Under the pieces are notes generated by a model, which did not search any database, had not been told where the DNA came from, and saw only the letters and a program-made list of their open reading frames with translations. A program made the translations under genes and the position numbers. Source: Lachnospiraceae bacterium (GTDB taxonomy: Bacteria; Bacillota; Clostridia; Lachnospirales; Lachnospiraceae). Taken from it: a DNA stretch of 64,000 nucleotides. Below, piece by piece: positions 27,364-36,378 of the stretch. The stretch spans positions 5,184-69,183 of the forward strand of contig JAZLKM010000027.1 of assembly GCA_045597645.1 (NCBI GenBank), given 5' to 3'. Each line of letters opens with the position of its first letter. Within the stretch, counting starts at the first letter, position 1.

Positions 27364-28542
27364 CTAGTATTTTCTCCAAACCATCTTGTCTACTACGCCT
27401 GTGTAGCTCTGAATTATCTTAACCACCTTGGTGGATACATTTTCCTCCACGTAATCTGGCACAGGAATTCCTGTCTGTCCATCCTCGTTGAGGGTAACTG
27501 CTGTGTCTACAGCCTGCAGAAGTGACTTCTCATCAATGCCTGCCAGAATAAAGCATGCCTTGTCCAGTGCTTCCGGTCTCTCTGTTGAAGTGCGGATGCA
27601 TACTGCAGGGAACGGATGTCCCACGCTGGTGAAAAAGCTGCTCTCCTCCGGGAGAGTGCCGCTGTCTGAGACTACTGCAAATGCATTCATCTGCAGGCAG
27701 TTGTAATCATGAAAGCCAAGTGGCTCATGCTGAATTACTCTCTCATCGAGCTTAAATCCGCTGTCTGCTATGCGCTTTTTACTTCTTGGATGGCATGAGT
27801 AGAGTATTGGCATATCATACTTTTGCGCCATCTTATTTATAGCTGTAAAAAGAGATGTGAAATTCTTTTCAGTGTCAATATTCTCTTCTCTATGTGCTGA
27901 GAGAAGTATATATTTTCCAGCCTCCAAATTGAGCCTTGAAAGAATATCTGAGGCCTCTATCTCCTCTAAATTCTTGTGAAGTACCTCCGCCATAGGTGAA
28001 CCCGTCACGTAGGTGCGCTCCTTTGGAAGTCCACAGTCCGCCAGATACCTTCTGGCATGCTCTGAATATGCCATATTTACATCAGATATTATGTCAACTA
28101 TTCTCCTGTTAGTCTCTTCCGGCAGGCACTCATCCTTACATCTGTTGCCCGCCTCCATGTGGAAAATCGGTATATGTAACCTCTTTGCCGGAATAGCTGA
28201 AAGGCATGAGTTGGTGTCTCCCAATATGAGCAGGGCATCCGGCTTTATCGCTGCCATCAGCTTATATGAGGCATCAATTATGTTCCCTATATTCTCTCCC
28301 AGGTCTGCGCCAACTACATCCATATAGACCTCAGGATCCTCAAGCTTAAGATCCTTGAAAAACACTCCATTTAGGTTGTAGTCATAGTTCTGACCAGTAT
28401 GCGCCAGTATCACATCAAAATACTTACGGCACTTGGTAATAACCGCTGACAACCTGATTATCTCAGGTCTTGTACCCACAATAATTAGAAGCTTAAGTCT
28501 TCCATCATTTTTGAATTGAATATCTGAGTAGTCTGTTTTCAT
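27364..28542 (-). CDS. fnlC: UDP-N-acetylglucosamine 2-epimerase (non-hydrolysing) family, FnlC/CapG-type (UDP-L-PneNAc -> UDP-L-FucNAc)
   Basis: 392 aa. LKLLIIVGTRPEIIRLS is the CapG/FnlC-type N-terminus. FnlA and FnlB homologs lie upstream in the same unit. Confidence 0.8.
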   Translation of the reverse strand: MKTDYSDIQFKNDGRLKLLIIVGTRPEIIRLSAVITKCRKYFDVILAHTGQNYDYNLNGVFFKDLKLEDPEVYMDVVGADLGENIGNIIDASYKLMAAIKPDALLILGDTNSCLSAIPAKRLHIPIFHMEAGNRCKDECLPEETNRRIVDIISDVNMAYSEHARRYLADCGLPKERTYVTGSPMAEVLHKNLEEIEASDILSRLNLEAGKYILLSAHREENIDTEKNFTSLFTAINKMAQKYDMPILYSCHPRSKKRIADSGFKLDERVIQHEPLGFHDYNCLQMNAFAVVSDSGTLPEESSFFTSVGHPFPAVCIRTSTERPEALDKACFILAGIDEKSLLQAVDTAVTLNEDGQTGIPVPDYVEENVSTKVVKIIQSYTGVVDKMVWRKY

Positions 28543-28895
28543 TACTTCGCCTTCTGTTCCATGTACTCATAGATGTCCTTCATAGTGATGACATCAACCA
28601 ATGCAAAATCTTTGTCCACCACGGGCATCATGGTAATCTGCTTTACTTTAAACTTGTCGTATGCCTTCTCAAGATTTTTCTCTGTCATATACATAAATGA
28701 CGGATTGATGATACCTGATACCTTGTTGAAAAGACTGGTTCCAGCGCTCAAAGCTCTAATGATATCACCCTGACTTACTACTCCTATTACCTTATCACTA
28801 CTTGATAATACAATAGCTACGCGCTCGTGATTTTTCTCAAAATTCTCTATCGTCTCTTTGATGGTATAGTCCTCATAGACGCAATGTAGATCCAT
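28542..28895 (-). CDS. CBS-domain pair protein (stand-alone)
   Basis: The track ORF extends to 29003 and overlaps the radical SAM gene. The in-frame ATG at 28893-28895 is preceded by TAAGGAGGGACTT. The resulting 117-aa product has two CBS-like repeats (VIGVVSQGDIIRAL; MMPVVDKDFALVDVITMKDI). Confidence 0.7.
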   Translation of the reverse strand: MDLHCVYEDYTIKETIENFEKNHERVAIVLSSSDKVIGVVSQGDIIRALSAGTSLFNKVSGIINPSFMYMTEKNLEKAYDKFKVKQITMMPVVDKDFALVDVITMKDIYEYMEQKAK

Positions 28896-28905
28896 AAGTC
28901 CCTCC

Positions 28906-29886
28906 TTATTTCTGCAGCTGAATTCTGTCAAAGCAATTTGCACAGCACTCAATGCGACCCAGCTGGCCCTTAGTGATAATATCTCTATACTGATTAGCTG
29001 CATAGCTATTAAACAGCTGCTTCATGTCCATATCCATAATATTTCCAATTATCATGAAGTTGTCGTAGTCAGCGCAGCACAATGTGGCATCTCCGTTCCA
29101 GTTGAAGGACAGCTTATCATACACCTCTGCGCACACCTGACGGCGTACCTTTTCTAGGCTCTCTTGCTCCTTGAGCTCGCGGATTTTCTGCTTCTCCTCC
29201 TCAGGAATATTCATAGCATCGACATTGATGTGCGACAGCTGTGTGTAGCCCACATTATAATAATCGCAATAGTCAGCTACATCTGCCTTAAACAGCTCTA
29301 CGTCCTCAGCAGTCTCTCCTGTTATAGAAGTACTTATCTGAATGTACGGAAGAGCTCTGTCGCCACGCAGCTCATGGAACTTATGTATGCGACGGAGAAG
29401 ATTAGCATAATCTCCACCATGGCGCATCTCATTGTAGGTACCCTCAGTAGCGCCCTGGAACGAGAACTTGATGCTGTCAAGACCTGCGTCAATCAGCTCT
29501 GCCATCTGCTCGTCAGTAAGTATTGAACCGTTATTATTAAAATGCACCAGCGTGCCTGTTGCCTTGAATTTTTTAACAATCTCTACAAACTTAGGATGGA
29601 ATGTGGGCTCTCCCCAGCGGCTAAAACGTACTCCCTCAATTTTGTACTTAGCGACATTTTCCACAAGTCTGTCTACCACCTCATCACTCATGTAGCCCTT
29701 GGTACGCTTTAAGCTATGTGTACCGGTTGGGCAGAATCTGCATGAGAAATTACAGCAGTTTGTGGGCTCAACATCAATATATCTGGGTACAGTTACGATA
29801 CCCTTTTTGATGAGGTCATATTTTTCTTCGTTAGTACCATTATTACAAGCCTTGTATATTGGTACAAATGGGTTCTCTCTGGTCAT
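28906..29886 (-). CDS. Radical SAM enzyme with C-terminal SPASM/twitch-like auxiliary cluster domain
   Basis: 326 aa. CNFSCRFC gives the CX3CX2C motif. A C-x12-G-x4-C motif (CAEVYDKLSFNWNGDATLC) and a terminal CCANC are also present. Confidence 0.85.
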   Translation of the reverse strand: MTRENPFVPIYKACNNGTNEEKYDLIKKGIVTVPRYIDVEPTNCCNFSCRFCPTGTHSLKRTKGYMSDEVVDRLVENVAKYKIEGVRFSRWGEPTFHPKFVEIVKKFKATGTLVHFNNNGSILTDEQMAELIDAGLDSIKFSFQGATEGTYNEMRHGGDYANLLRRIHKFHELRGDRALPYIQISTSITGETAEDVELFKADVADYCDYYNVGYTQLSHINVDAMNIPEEEKQKIRELKEQESLEKVRRQVCAEVYDKLSFNWNGDATLCCADYDNFMIIGNIMDMDMKQLFNSYAANQYRDIITKGQLGRIECCANCFDRIQLQK

Positions 29887-29895
29887 TTCTTCTCC

Positions 29896-31062
29896 TTAGT
29901 ACATAAGCTTTTTGATAAGCCACTTGTCGTCCACCTTTGTCTCCAAAAGGAGCTTAAGTATGCGCTCTGATGAGTGTCCGTCTCCATACGGATTCTCACA
30001 TTCCCTGTTCAGGTAATCTGTAAACTCAGGAGAGATAGCCTTATTGATTGCCTCTACTATCTTCTCCTCAGAAAATTCTACATCAATGACGTTGATTCCT
30101 CTGTATCTCATGTTCTGTCTACGTCCTATATTGACTGCTGCCTTCTTGAATGTAGGCGCCTCCAATAGTCCTGAGCTTGAATTACCAACAATGCATCTGG
30201 AATTTTTCAAAAATCCCAGATAGTCCTCTCTCTTCATGTTGGAAAACAGGTGGTACTCCCCGCTGCGTCCCTCAAGAATAGCATTCTTTACAAGGTTTGA
30301 ACCCGCATCGTTGTTCGGAAGTATTACTATCTTGGGCATGTCAAACCTATTTAGCGAGCGCACAAATATCTCTGCCTGCTCTCCTGCCTTGTCTGCCTCC
30401 TCCGTAACAGGATGCATTACCGCCAGCATATATCCATTCTGAAGCTCCAGTGAGTACTTATCCTCAAGCTCCTTCAACGGAGTGAACTGTGCACCTACCA
30501 TCTCATCAAGCTGCGGTGCTCCCACGTTAAAGATTCTAAACTCTTCCTCGCCAAGCTTACGGAGTCTTTCTGCTGCATCTTCATTTGCCGCAAAATGCAT
30601 ATGGACTAACTTTCCAATAGCATGTCTGGTCATACCATCTATATTGCCTGACAGCTCACCTGCCTGTATATGCGCTACTGGAGTGTATGTATAAGCTGCA
30701 GCCACTGCGCCCATCAATTGCTCGCCTCTGTCTCCTGCCAGAAGTACCCAGTCCGGTCTCTCCTTGTCCAGAATATCCGGCAAGCTATTGAGGCAGATGC
30801 CCAGTGACTTCGCCTGAGTATAGTGATTGTAGCCGTCCAATGACATATGTATCTTGTAGTCAATGGTGAAGCCATCACGCTCTATCTCCTTGTAGGAGCT
30901 GCCGTAGCTCTCCAACAGATGCATATTTGTTACCACCAGAATCGGCTTTACCTCATCCGGGTGCTGCTGCATGAGTCGCATTATGGGACGTATATACCCC
31001 CACTCGCCTCGTGAGCCTGTTAGGATCATTATCTTCTTCAAAATACTATGCCTCCAAATCAT
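29896..31062 (-). CDS. neuC: UDP-sugar 2-epimerase (hydrolysing), NeuC/LegG family, second copy
   Basis: 388 aa with ILTGSRGEWGY, GDRGE, HIQAGELSGNIDG, GNSS and NIGRRQ. An alternative start lies at 31029. Confidence 0.8.
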   Translation of the reverse strand: MIWRHSILKKIMILTGSRGEWGYIRPIMRLMQQHPDEVKPILVVTNMHLLESYGSSYKEIERDGFTIDYKIHMSLDGYNHYTQAKSLGICLNSLPDILDKERPDWVLLAGDRGEQLMGAVAAAYTYTPVAHIQAGELSGNIDGMTRHAIGKLVHMHFAANEDAAERLRKLGEEEFRIFNVGAPQLDEMVGAQFTPLKELEDKYSLELQNGYMLAVMHPVTEEADKAGEQAEIFVRSLNRFDMPKIVILPNNDAGSNLVKNAILEGRSGEYHLFSNMKREDYLGFLKNSRCIVGNSSSGLLEAPTFKKAAVNIGRRQNMRYRGINVIDVEFSEEKIVEAINKAISPEFTDYLNRECENPYGDGHSSERILKLLLETKVDDKWLIKKLMY

Positions 31063-32077
31063 CCATAGACAGAAGTACGTTCTCGTCTACATCCTTTGCA
31101 AGTGTCCTGCCGATGATTTCATTCATCTTGTGTGACGGGATACCTGTTCCCGGTCTTTTTGACCAAATCATATCCTGAGTGATTACCTCGCCCTTCTTAA
31201 GTGGGCGTCTGGTTACAATTGATCTAAATGCCCACTCTCTTATGCTCTTCTCATTGTCATGAACAGCCTTCTCGCATCCCATGGCTGCCTCAATTTTCCT
31301 GGTGCCATCACAGAGCATGTACAGGTCATGAAAATCAATGGATACAGTCTGGTCTGGTCCCGGAGTCTGCTTGCTGAGAATGACATGCTTCTCTATGATT
31401 GCTGCCCCCATAGCTACTGCTGCGTAGCAGGTATAAAGGTCAGGCGTATGATCGGAATGTCCTATTACAGCCTTCGGGAAGGCCTTCTTCATCTCACCGA
31501 TGACGCCAAGATTTACATCCTCGTACTTCGGTGGGTACTCAGACAGGCAATTGGTAAATGCCAGCGGTACACCTGTAGGAACCAAAGCATCATAGGTGCG
31601 CTTGATCTCATCCATGGTGCACATACCTGTGGATACAATCATAGGCTTGCCAAACTCTGCAATTCTTACAAGCGATGGTATATCGGTCATCTCACCTGAG
31701 CCAATCTTAAAGCAGTCTACTCCTATCTCATTGAGTTCACATGCTGCCTTGTAGCTAAAAGGTGTGCACATATACTGGATGCCTATCTCCTTGCAGTAGG
31801 CCATAAGCTCTACATGCTGATCCAGTGTAAGTGCATGAAGCTTCAAAAACTCGTACAGTGGAATGTCAAAGTTGGATGACATCGGTACATCCTTCAGCAT
31901 CTCCTCATCCGGCAGATGATGCTGAAACTTAATGCAGTCTGCACCGGCCAGCTTAGCCTGACGGCACATTTCCTTGGCTGCATCCATATTTCCCATATGA
32001 TTGTCACAGCCCTCAGCTATCACGTAAGCCGGAGCCCCATCACCTATTTTTCTACCTGCAATCTCAATCTGTGGCAT
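31046..32077 (-). CDS. neuB: Nonulosonate synthase, NeuB/LegI family, second copy (divergent; KFQHH variant) with SAF domain
   Basis: Motifs YVIAEGCDNHMG, KFQHH and GHSDH, plus a C-terminal SAF-like tail. The track start at 32098 is TTG. The ATG at 32075-32077 has an AGAGGGG SD and lies 1 nt from the upstream stop. Confidence 0.85.
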   Translation of the reverse strand: MPQIEIAGRKIGDGAPAYVIAEGCDNHMGNMDAAKEMCRQAKLAGADCIKFQHHLPDEEMLKDVPMSSNFDIPLYEFLKLHALTLDQHVELMAYCKEIGIQYMCTPFSYKAACELNEIGVDCFKIGSGEMTDIPSLVRIAEFGKPMIVSTGMCTMDEIKRTYDALVPTGVPLAFTNCLSEYPPKYEDVNLGVIGEMKKAFPKAVIGHSDHTPDLYTCYAAVAMGAAIIEKHVILSKQTPGPDQTVSIDFHDLYMLCDGTRKIEAAMGCEKAVHDNEKSIREWAFRSIVTRRPLKKGEVITQDMIWSKRPGTGIPSHKMNEIIGRTLAKDVDENVLLSMDDLEA

Positions 32078-32078
32078 A

Positions 32079-32762
32079 TCAACCCCTCTTTTCCTCAATG
32101 AATGCGCCGGCTATAACCAAATCAACCGGCTCGTTTATATCTACGCCTTCCTTCTCTGAAATGACGAATCCGTTCACATTATTACCGAGCACGCTATGCT
32201 TTTCTCTAAGCGCCTTGGCATCTGTTATATAAATGCAGCTGTCCTCCAAATATATGGGTTCTCTGTCCTGACGACGCCTTGGAGCATTTGGGAAAAGCCT
32301 TCCAAACTTATCCTCACGGCACACCCAGTAGTCTCCTCTGCACTCTGTCAGTGTGAGCTGCGCATCATACTTATCTGCATTTTTTTCATAATTTTCTATG
32401 AATGCTTTGACTGTTTCAGGTGTGCGCATTGGAGATGTCGGCTGAAGCGTTATTACAGTATCATACTCCTTGCCGTATTTTTCCTTCATGTAGTCCAGAG
32501 CATGTATTAGTGCATCCTCTGTGCTCGCTGTATCCACTGCCAGCTCATCCGGCCTTTTTATCACGATAACTCCCTCGTGACCTGCCGCCACCTCTGCGAT
32601 GTCATCCGCATCAGTGCTGACTGTTATATCACCATCTATGCCTGCTGCCAAAGCTGTCTCCAGCGTGTATGAAAGCAATGGCTTGCCACACAGTGGATAG
32701 ATATTTTTCTTCGGTATTCCCTTTGAACCGCCTCGGGCCGGTACTACTACCAGATGCTTCAT
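32079..32762 (-). CDS. Nonulosonate cytidylyltransferase (CMP-NulO synthetase), second copy
   Basis: 227 aa with VVVPARGGSKGIPKKNI. Confidence 0.85.
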   Translation of the reverse strand: MKHLVVVPARGGSKGIPKKNIYPLCGKPLLSYTLETALAAGIDGDITVSTDADDIAEVAAGHEGVIVIKRPDELAVDTASTEDALIHALDYMKEKYGKEYDTVITLQPTSPMRTPETVKAFIENYEKNADKYDAQLTLTECRGDYWVCREDKFGRLFPNAPRRRQDREPIYLEDSCIYITDAKALREKHSVLGNNVNGFVISEKEGVDINEPVDLVIAGAFIEEKRG

Positions 32763-33856
32763 AGTTGCTCCTTTATTGCTTTTATAATATTTTCCGGGCC
32801 CGCCTCAACAGCAATGCCGCCATACTTCTGCGCCACCTCTTCGCAGGCCGTTCCCTTATACACTATTACCTTCGCCCCACAGCTAGCTGCCTCCGCAGTA
32901 GTAAGTCCAAAGGTCTCTTCCACACTTGGATTGACAAATACATCCGCTGCACTATAGATTTCTGCCAGCTCTATCGGGGAACTGGTCCTAGGTAGCGCTA
33001 TTACATTTGCATGTGAGCTTACCTGTTCTATTTGAGATGGATTTAAGCCTACCAATACTACTTTATACCCATCATCCAGTAGGTCCGCCAGCTTCAAAAA
33101 CACATCGAGGCCTTTTCGCTTTTCCCACACACTGGCGACGCCAAGCACTATTCTTACTGCTTCAAGCCCATACTGTTTCCTAAAGTCGCTCTCTCTTTTG
33201 CAAAAAATCTCTGTATCTATCTGGTTTTCTCTGACACTAACCTTATAGCACCCCAAAAAGCTCTGCTTTACAAGGTCTGCCATCCACTGGGACGGTGTAT
33301 ATATCTCTAGGTCAGCCACTTCGGAAAATGCTGCCTTCTTCTCTTCAAAATTGTATCTTGCACGGCTCGTAAACGCCTTCGGATAAGTCTCCTTTTGTGG
33401 ACAGTTGTCACACAAACTCTTCCATGCACTACATCCTATCGCGCTAAAGTACGCACAATGGCCTGTAAATGCCCAGCAATCGTGAAGTGTCCACTTTACC
33501 TGCACATCATGAGTCTTAATCCAATCAAACAGAAGTTTGTAGTTTACATAATATCCATGGAGGTTATGCAGCCATATTACATCAGGAGCATACTCATCCA
33601 TGTACCCAAGCAACCTCTTTGTGGCCGCTATCGCATTTTTACCTTCATTGTCCAGCAGCCGAGCCTTTAATACATTCAGGTACACGCTTTTTTTGCTGCC
33701 TATATAGTAGGATTGTATATCGTCGCAGCCCTCTATATGTCTGCCATATGCCACGCGGCACTCATGGCCTTCCGCCGTAAGCTTACGGCACTCATCAGCT
33801 ACGATTTTGCCTGTGCTGCCATATCCTAATACTTCATTGATAAATAAATATTTCAG
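32759..33856 (-). CDS. Glycosyltransferase family 4 (paralog of 36379-37581) with no canonical start codon for its N-terminal lobe
   Basis: The track ORF (32759-33754, GTG) omits a conserved N-terminus, KYLFINEVLGYGSTGKI..., that is encoded in frame upstream. The only start-like codon behind the AGAAAGGAA SD is CTG at 33854-33856. Shared motifs with the paralog: WTLHDCWAFTGHCAYF, AEIYSAADVFVNPS. Confidence 0.55.
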   Translation of the reverse strand: MKYLFINEVLGYGSTGKIVADECRKLTAEGHECRVAYGRHIEGCDDIQSYYIGSKKSVYLNVLKARLLDNEGKNAIAATKRLLGYMDEYAPDVIWLHNLHGYYVNYKLLFDWIKTHDVQVKWTLHDCWAFTGHCAYFSAIGCSAWKSLCDNCPQKETYPKAFTSRARYNFEEKKAAFSEVADLEIYTPSQWMADLVKQSFLGCYKVSVRENQIDTEIFCKRESDFRKQYGLEAVRIVLGVASVWEKRKGLDVFLKLADLLDDGYKVVLVGLNPSQIEQVSSHANVIALPRTSSPIELAEIYSAADVFVNPSVEETFGLTTAEAASCGAKVIVYKGTACEEVAQKYGGIAVEAGPENIIKAIKEQL

Positions 33857-33885
33857 GACAGATTCCTTTCTTGGCCTTTTGGGCT

Positions 33886-35091
33886 TTAGAGAGATTTTAG
33901 TTCTCTATCTATCTCATCCAGCAGCTTTTCCCTGTCAAAATGCTTCTCATTGTATACCAATGCATTTTGTCCCTGCTCGCGCAGCCTACTTTTATCTGAC
34001 AGCATCGCCATAAGTGCATCTGCTGCCTTATCTGCATCTCGACTGTCGCATACAACTCCGCAGTCCGCTTCCTCGATGACTCTTTTCGTCTCGCCGCCTG
34101 CGATTGCAAATACCGGCATCCCGCAAGCCATATATGACTGAAGCTTGGCAGGAATAGTCATCCTCCACAGCTCATCATCTGCAAATGACAAAAATGCCGC
34201 ATCAGCGCCTGCCAATAGTGCCGGTATATCCTGCGGCGGCTTACGACCTGTCAGCATAAAATACTCCTGCACCTGTGTCTTTTCTATTTCTTCCACAAAT
34301 GCCTTCTCGTACCTGCCGCTTCCCACTATTACAAACTTGACCTTTTGGCCGCATTCTTTTAAAGACTTCGCTATCTTTGGCAGTACATCCAGCCCCTGTG
34401 CATATCCTATATTTCCTGTAAATATAACCTTCGGCTCATCAGTACCAAAGTCTATCGGACTATCTGACGGCTTATAGAAATCCTCCGCATACTGCGGCCA
34501 GTATCTGACCTTGCTCTCACCATTTATATGAGTTGAGCCTCTTTCATTTAGCCTGCCTACAAAGCTTGGAGATGTAGCATATATCCTGTCACAGGTGTTG
34601 TATATGCCATCCACCATCTTGTCTATCGCCTTTATTGCGGTGGCATTGCTTACTCCTGCAACGCTAATTACGTTCTCCGGCCACAAATCCTGCACGTAAA
34701 TACTGCACGGTATTTTCCTGCGCTTCGCGTACCATTTCCCCACTAGGCACTGTGTAAATGGCGAGGTCTCAAACATAAATACCTGGTCTGCCTTTATCCT
34801 AGTAAAATGTGCGAAGAAAAATCCTGCTACCACAAACGATGCATAGTTTAACACTAATCGTATCTTGTTATGGCCTCTTGAGATGACTGGCATATGGATT
34901 ATATCCACTCCCTCCCAGCTCTCTCTACGCTTTTTAAACAAACCATATCCCGGATAGAACCTACCTGCGGGGTAATTTGGGATGCCTGTCACCGCTGTGA
35001 CCATGTAGCCCCGCTTCACCCACTGCCTGCAGATGTCATTGATTCGAAAATCCTCCGGATATAGGCATTGTGAAAATACAATTATATGCAT
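33886..35091 (-). CDS. wbuB: Glycosyltransferase family 4, WbuB-like (L-FucNAc transferase type)
   Basis: 401 aa. MHIIVFSQCLYPEDFRINDI...GIPNYPAGRFYPGYG is the WbuB/CapL-type N-terminus. It is adjacent to the fnlB homolog. Confidence 0.75.
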   Translation of the reverse strand: MHIIVFSQCLYPEDFRINDICRQWVKRGYMVTAVTGIPNYPAGRFYPGYGLFKKRRESWEGVDIIHMPVISRGHNKIRLVLNYASFVVAGFFFAHFTRIKADQVFMFETSPFTQCLVGKWYAKRRKIPCSIYVQDLWPENVISVAGVSNATAIKAIDKMVDGIYNTCDRIYATSPSFVGRLNERGSTHINGESKVRYWPQYAEDFYKPSDSPIDFGTDEPKVIFTGNIGYAQGLDVLPKIAKSLKECGQKVKFVIVGSGRYEKAFVEEIEKTQVQEYFMLTGRKPPQDIPALLAGADAAFLSFADDELWRMTIPAKLQSYMACGMPVFAIAGGETKRVIEEADCGVVCDSRDADKAADALMAMLSDKSRLREQGQNALVYNEKHFDREKLLDEIDRELKSL

Positions 35092-35094
35092 AGC

Positions 35095-36345
35095 TTATAC
35101 CGTTTCAAAAAATGTATCCGGTCTGCCTGGGTCAAACTGCTCGTTGGCCCACATAAGTGTCACCATTTCCTCAGTATCGCTCAGATTTTCTATATTGTGC
35201 GTGTATCCTGGCAGCATCTGGACTGCTTGAAGTTTCTTACCTGATACTCTAATTTCTGTCACAGGATACGGCTCGCCATTCTCATCCAGCCCTATCTTCC
35301 TTTCGCGGATGATTCCCTCACCCGCCACAACTATGAATATCTCCCACTTGCTGTGGTGCCAGTGATTGCCCTTGGTTATTCCCGGTTTTGAGATGTTTAC
35401 GCTAAACTGGCCATTGCCCAGGGTCTTTAGCACCTCAGTAAAGCTACCTCTGTCATCGCATTTCATCTCGAACGGATATATCATTTTCTCTGCCGGCAGA
35501 TACGAAAGATATGTCGAATAAAGCCGCTTCTCAAAGGAATCATCCGGTATAGCCGGCATAATCAATGTAGCTGGCTGCGACGTAAAGCTCTCTATCGCCT
35601 CAACTATCTGACCCAGATTTCTCTTGAATGTGATTGGCACATAACAGTATTTTCCTGTTGGATCTCCTACCGCTTCTGCACCCTCAAATCTACATCTGTG
35701 CTCCTTGCCGCCAATAGCGCCAAGTAGCTCCTCCACCAAGTCATCCACATACAGAAGCTCCAGCTCCACACTTGGATCATTTACCTGTATCGGCAGGTCG
35801 TTAGCTATGTTATTACAAAAGGTCGCCACTGCTGAATTATAGTTGGGTCTGCACCATTTTCCAAACAGATTAGGAAACCTATATATCAAAGCTCTGGCGC
35901 CAGTATCATTCGCATACTTGAAAAACAGTTCCTCTCCCGCCAGCTTGCTCTTGCCATACTCAGAGCCGGCAAAGCGCCCCTCGAGAGTTGCCTGTGTAGA
36001 CGACGACAGCATCACCGGACAGGTGTTATTATATTTTTTTAATGTGTCAAGTAACTCTGACGAAAATCCAAAATTACCTTCCATATACTCTGACTGGTCT
36101 TTTGGCCTGTTTACCCCAGCTAAATGAAATACAAAGTCTGCCTTATGACAGTACTCCTCCAGCTCTTCCTTGGTATTATCTATGTCATAAGAAAATATCT
36201 CAAGACCGCCCTCCGGCAGCCAGGAGCGTTCCCTTCTGTCCTTACCATCCCGTATATTTTCCAGAGAGCAGATTAGATTTTTTCCAAGAAAGCCCTTCGC
36301 TCCTGTCACAAGTATTTTATATGTATTATTCTTATCTTTATTCAT
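35095..36345 (-). CDS. fnlB: CapF/FnlB-type bifunctional reductase/epimerase (SDR domain plus C-terminal cupin), UDP-L-FucNAc pathway
   Basis: 416 aa with VTGAKGFLGKNL, FGKWCRPNYNSAVATFC, LYSTYLSYLP, DDRGSFTE, VNISKPGITKGNHWHH and GYTHNIENL. It matches remembered S. aureus CapF blocks closely. Confidence 0.9.
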   Translation of the reverse strand: MNKDKNNTYKILVTGAKGFLGKNLICSLENIRDGKDRRERSWLPEGGLEIFSYDIDNTKEELEEYCHKADFVFHLAGVNRPKDQSEYMEGNFGFSSELLDTLKKYNNTCPVMLSSSTQATLEGRFAGSEYGKSKLAGEELFFKYANDTGARALIYRFPNLFGKWCRPNYNSAVATFCNNIANDLPIQVNDPSVELELLYVDDLVEELLGAIGGKEHRCRFEGAEAVGDPTGKYCYVPITFKRNLGQIVEAIESFTSQPATLIMPAIPDDSFEKRLYSTYLSYLPAEKMIYPFEMKCDDRGSFTEVLKTLGNGQFSVNISKPGITKGNHWHHSKWEIFIVVAGEGIIRERKIGLDENGEPYPVTEIRVSGKKLQAVQMLPGYTHNIENLSDTEEMVTLMWANEQFDPGRPDTFFETV

Positions 36346-36378
36346 AGGTTTAAAAGCTAATTCTATCTTATTTCTGCC

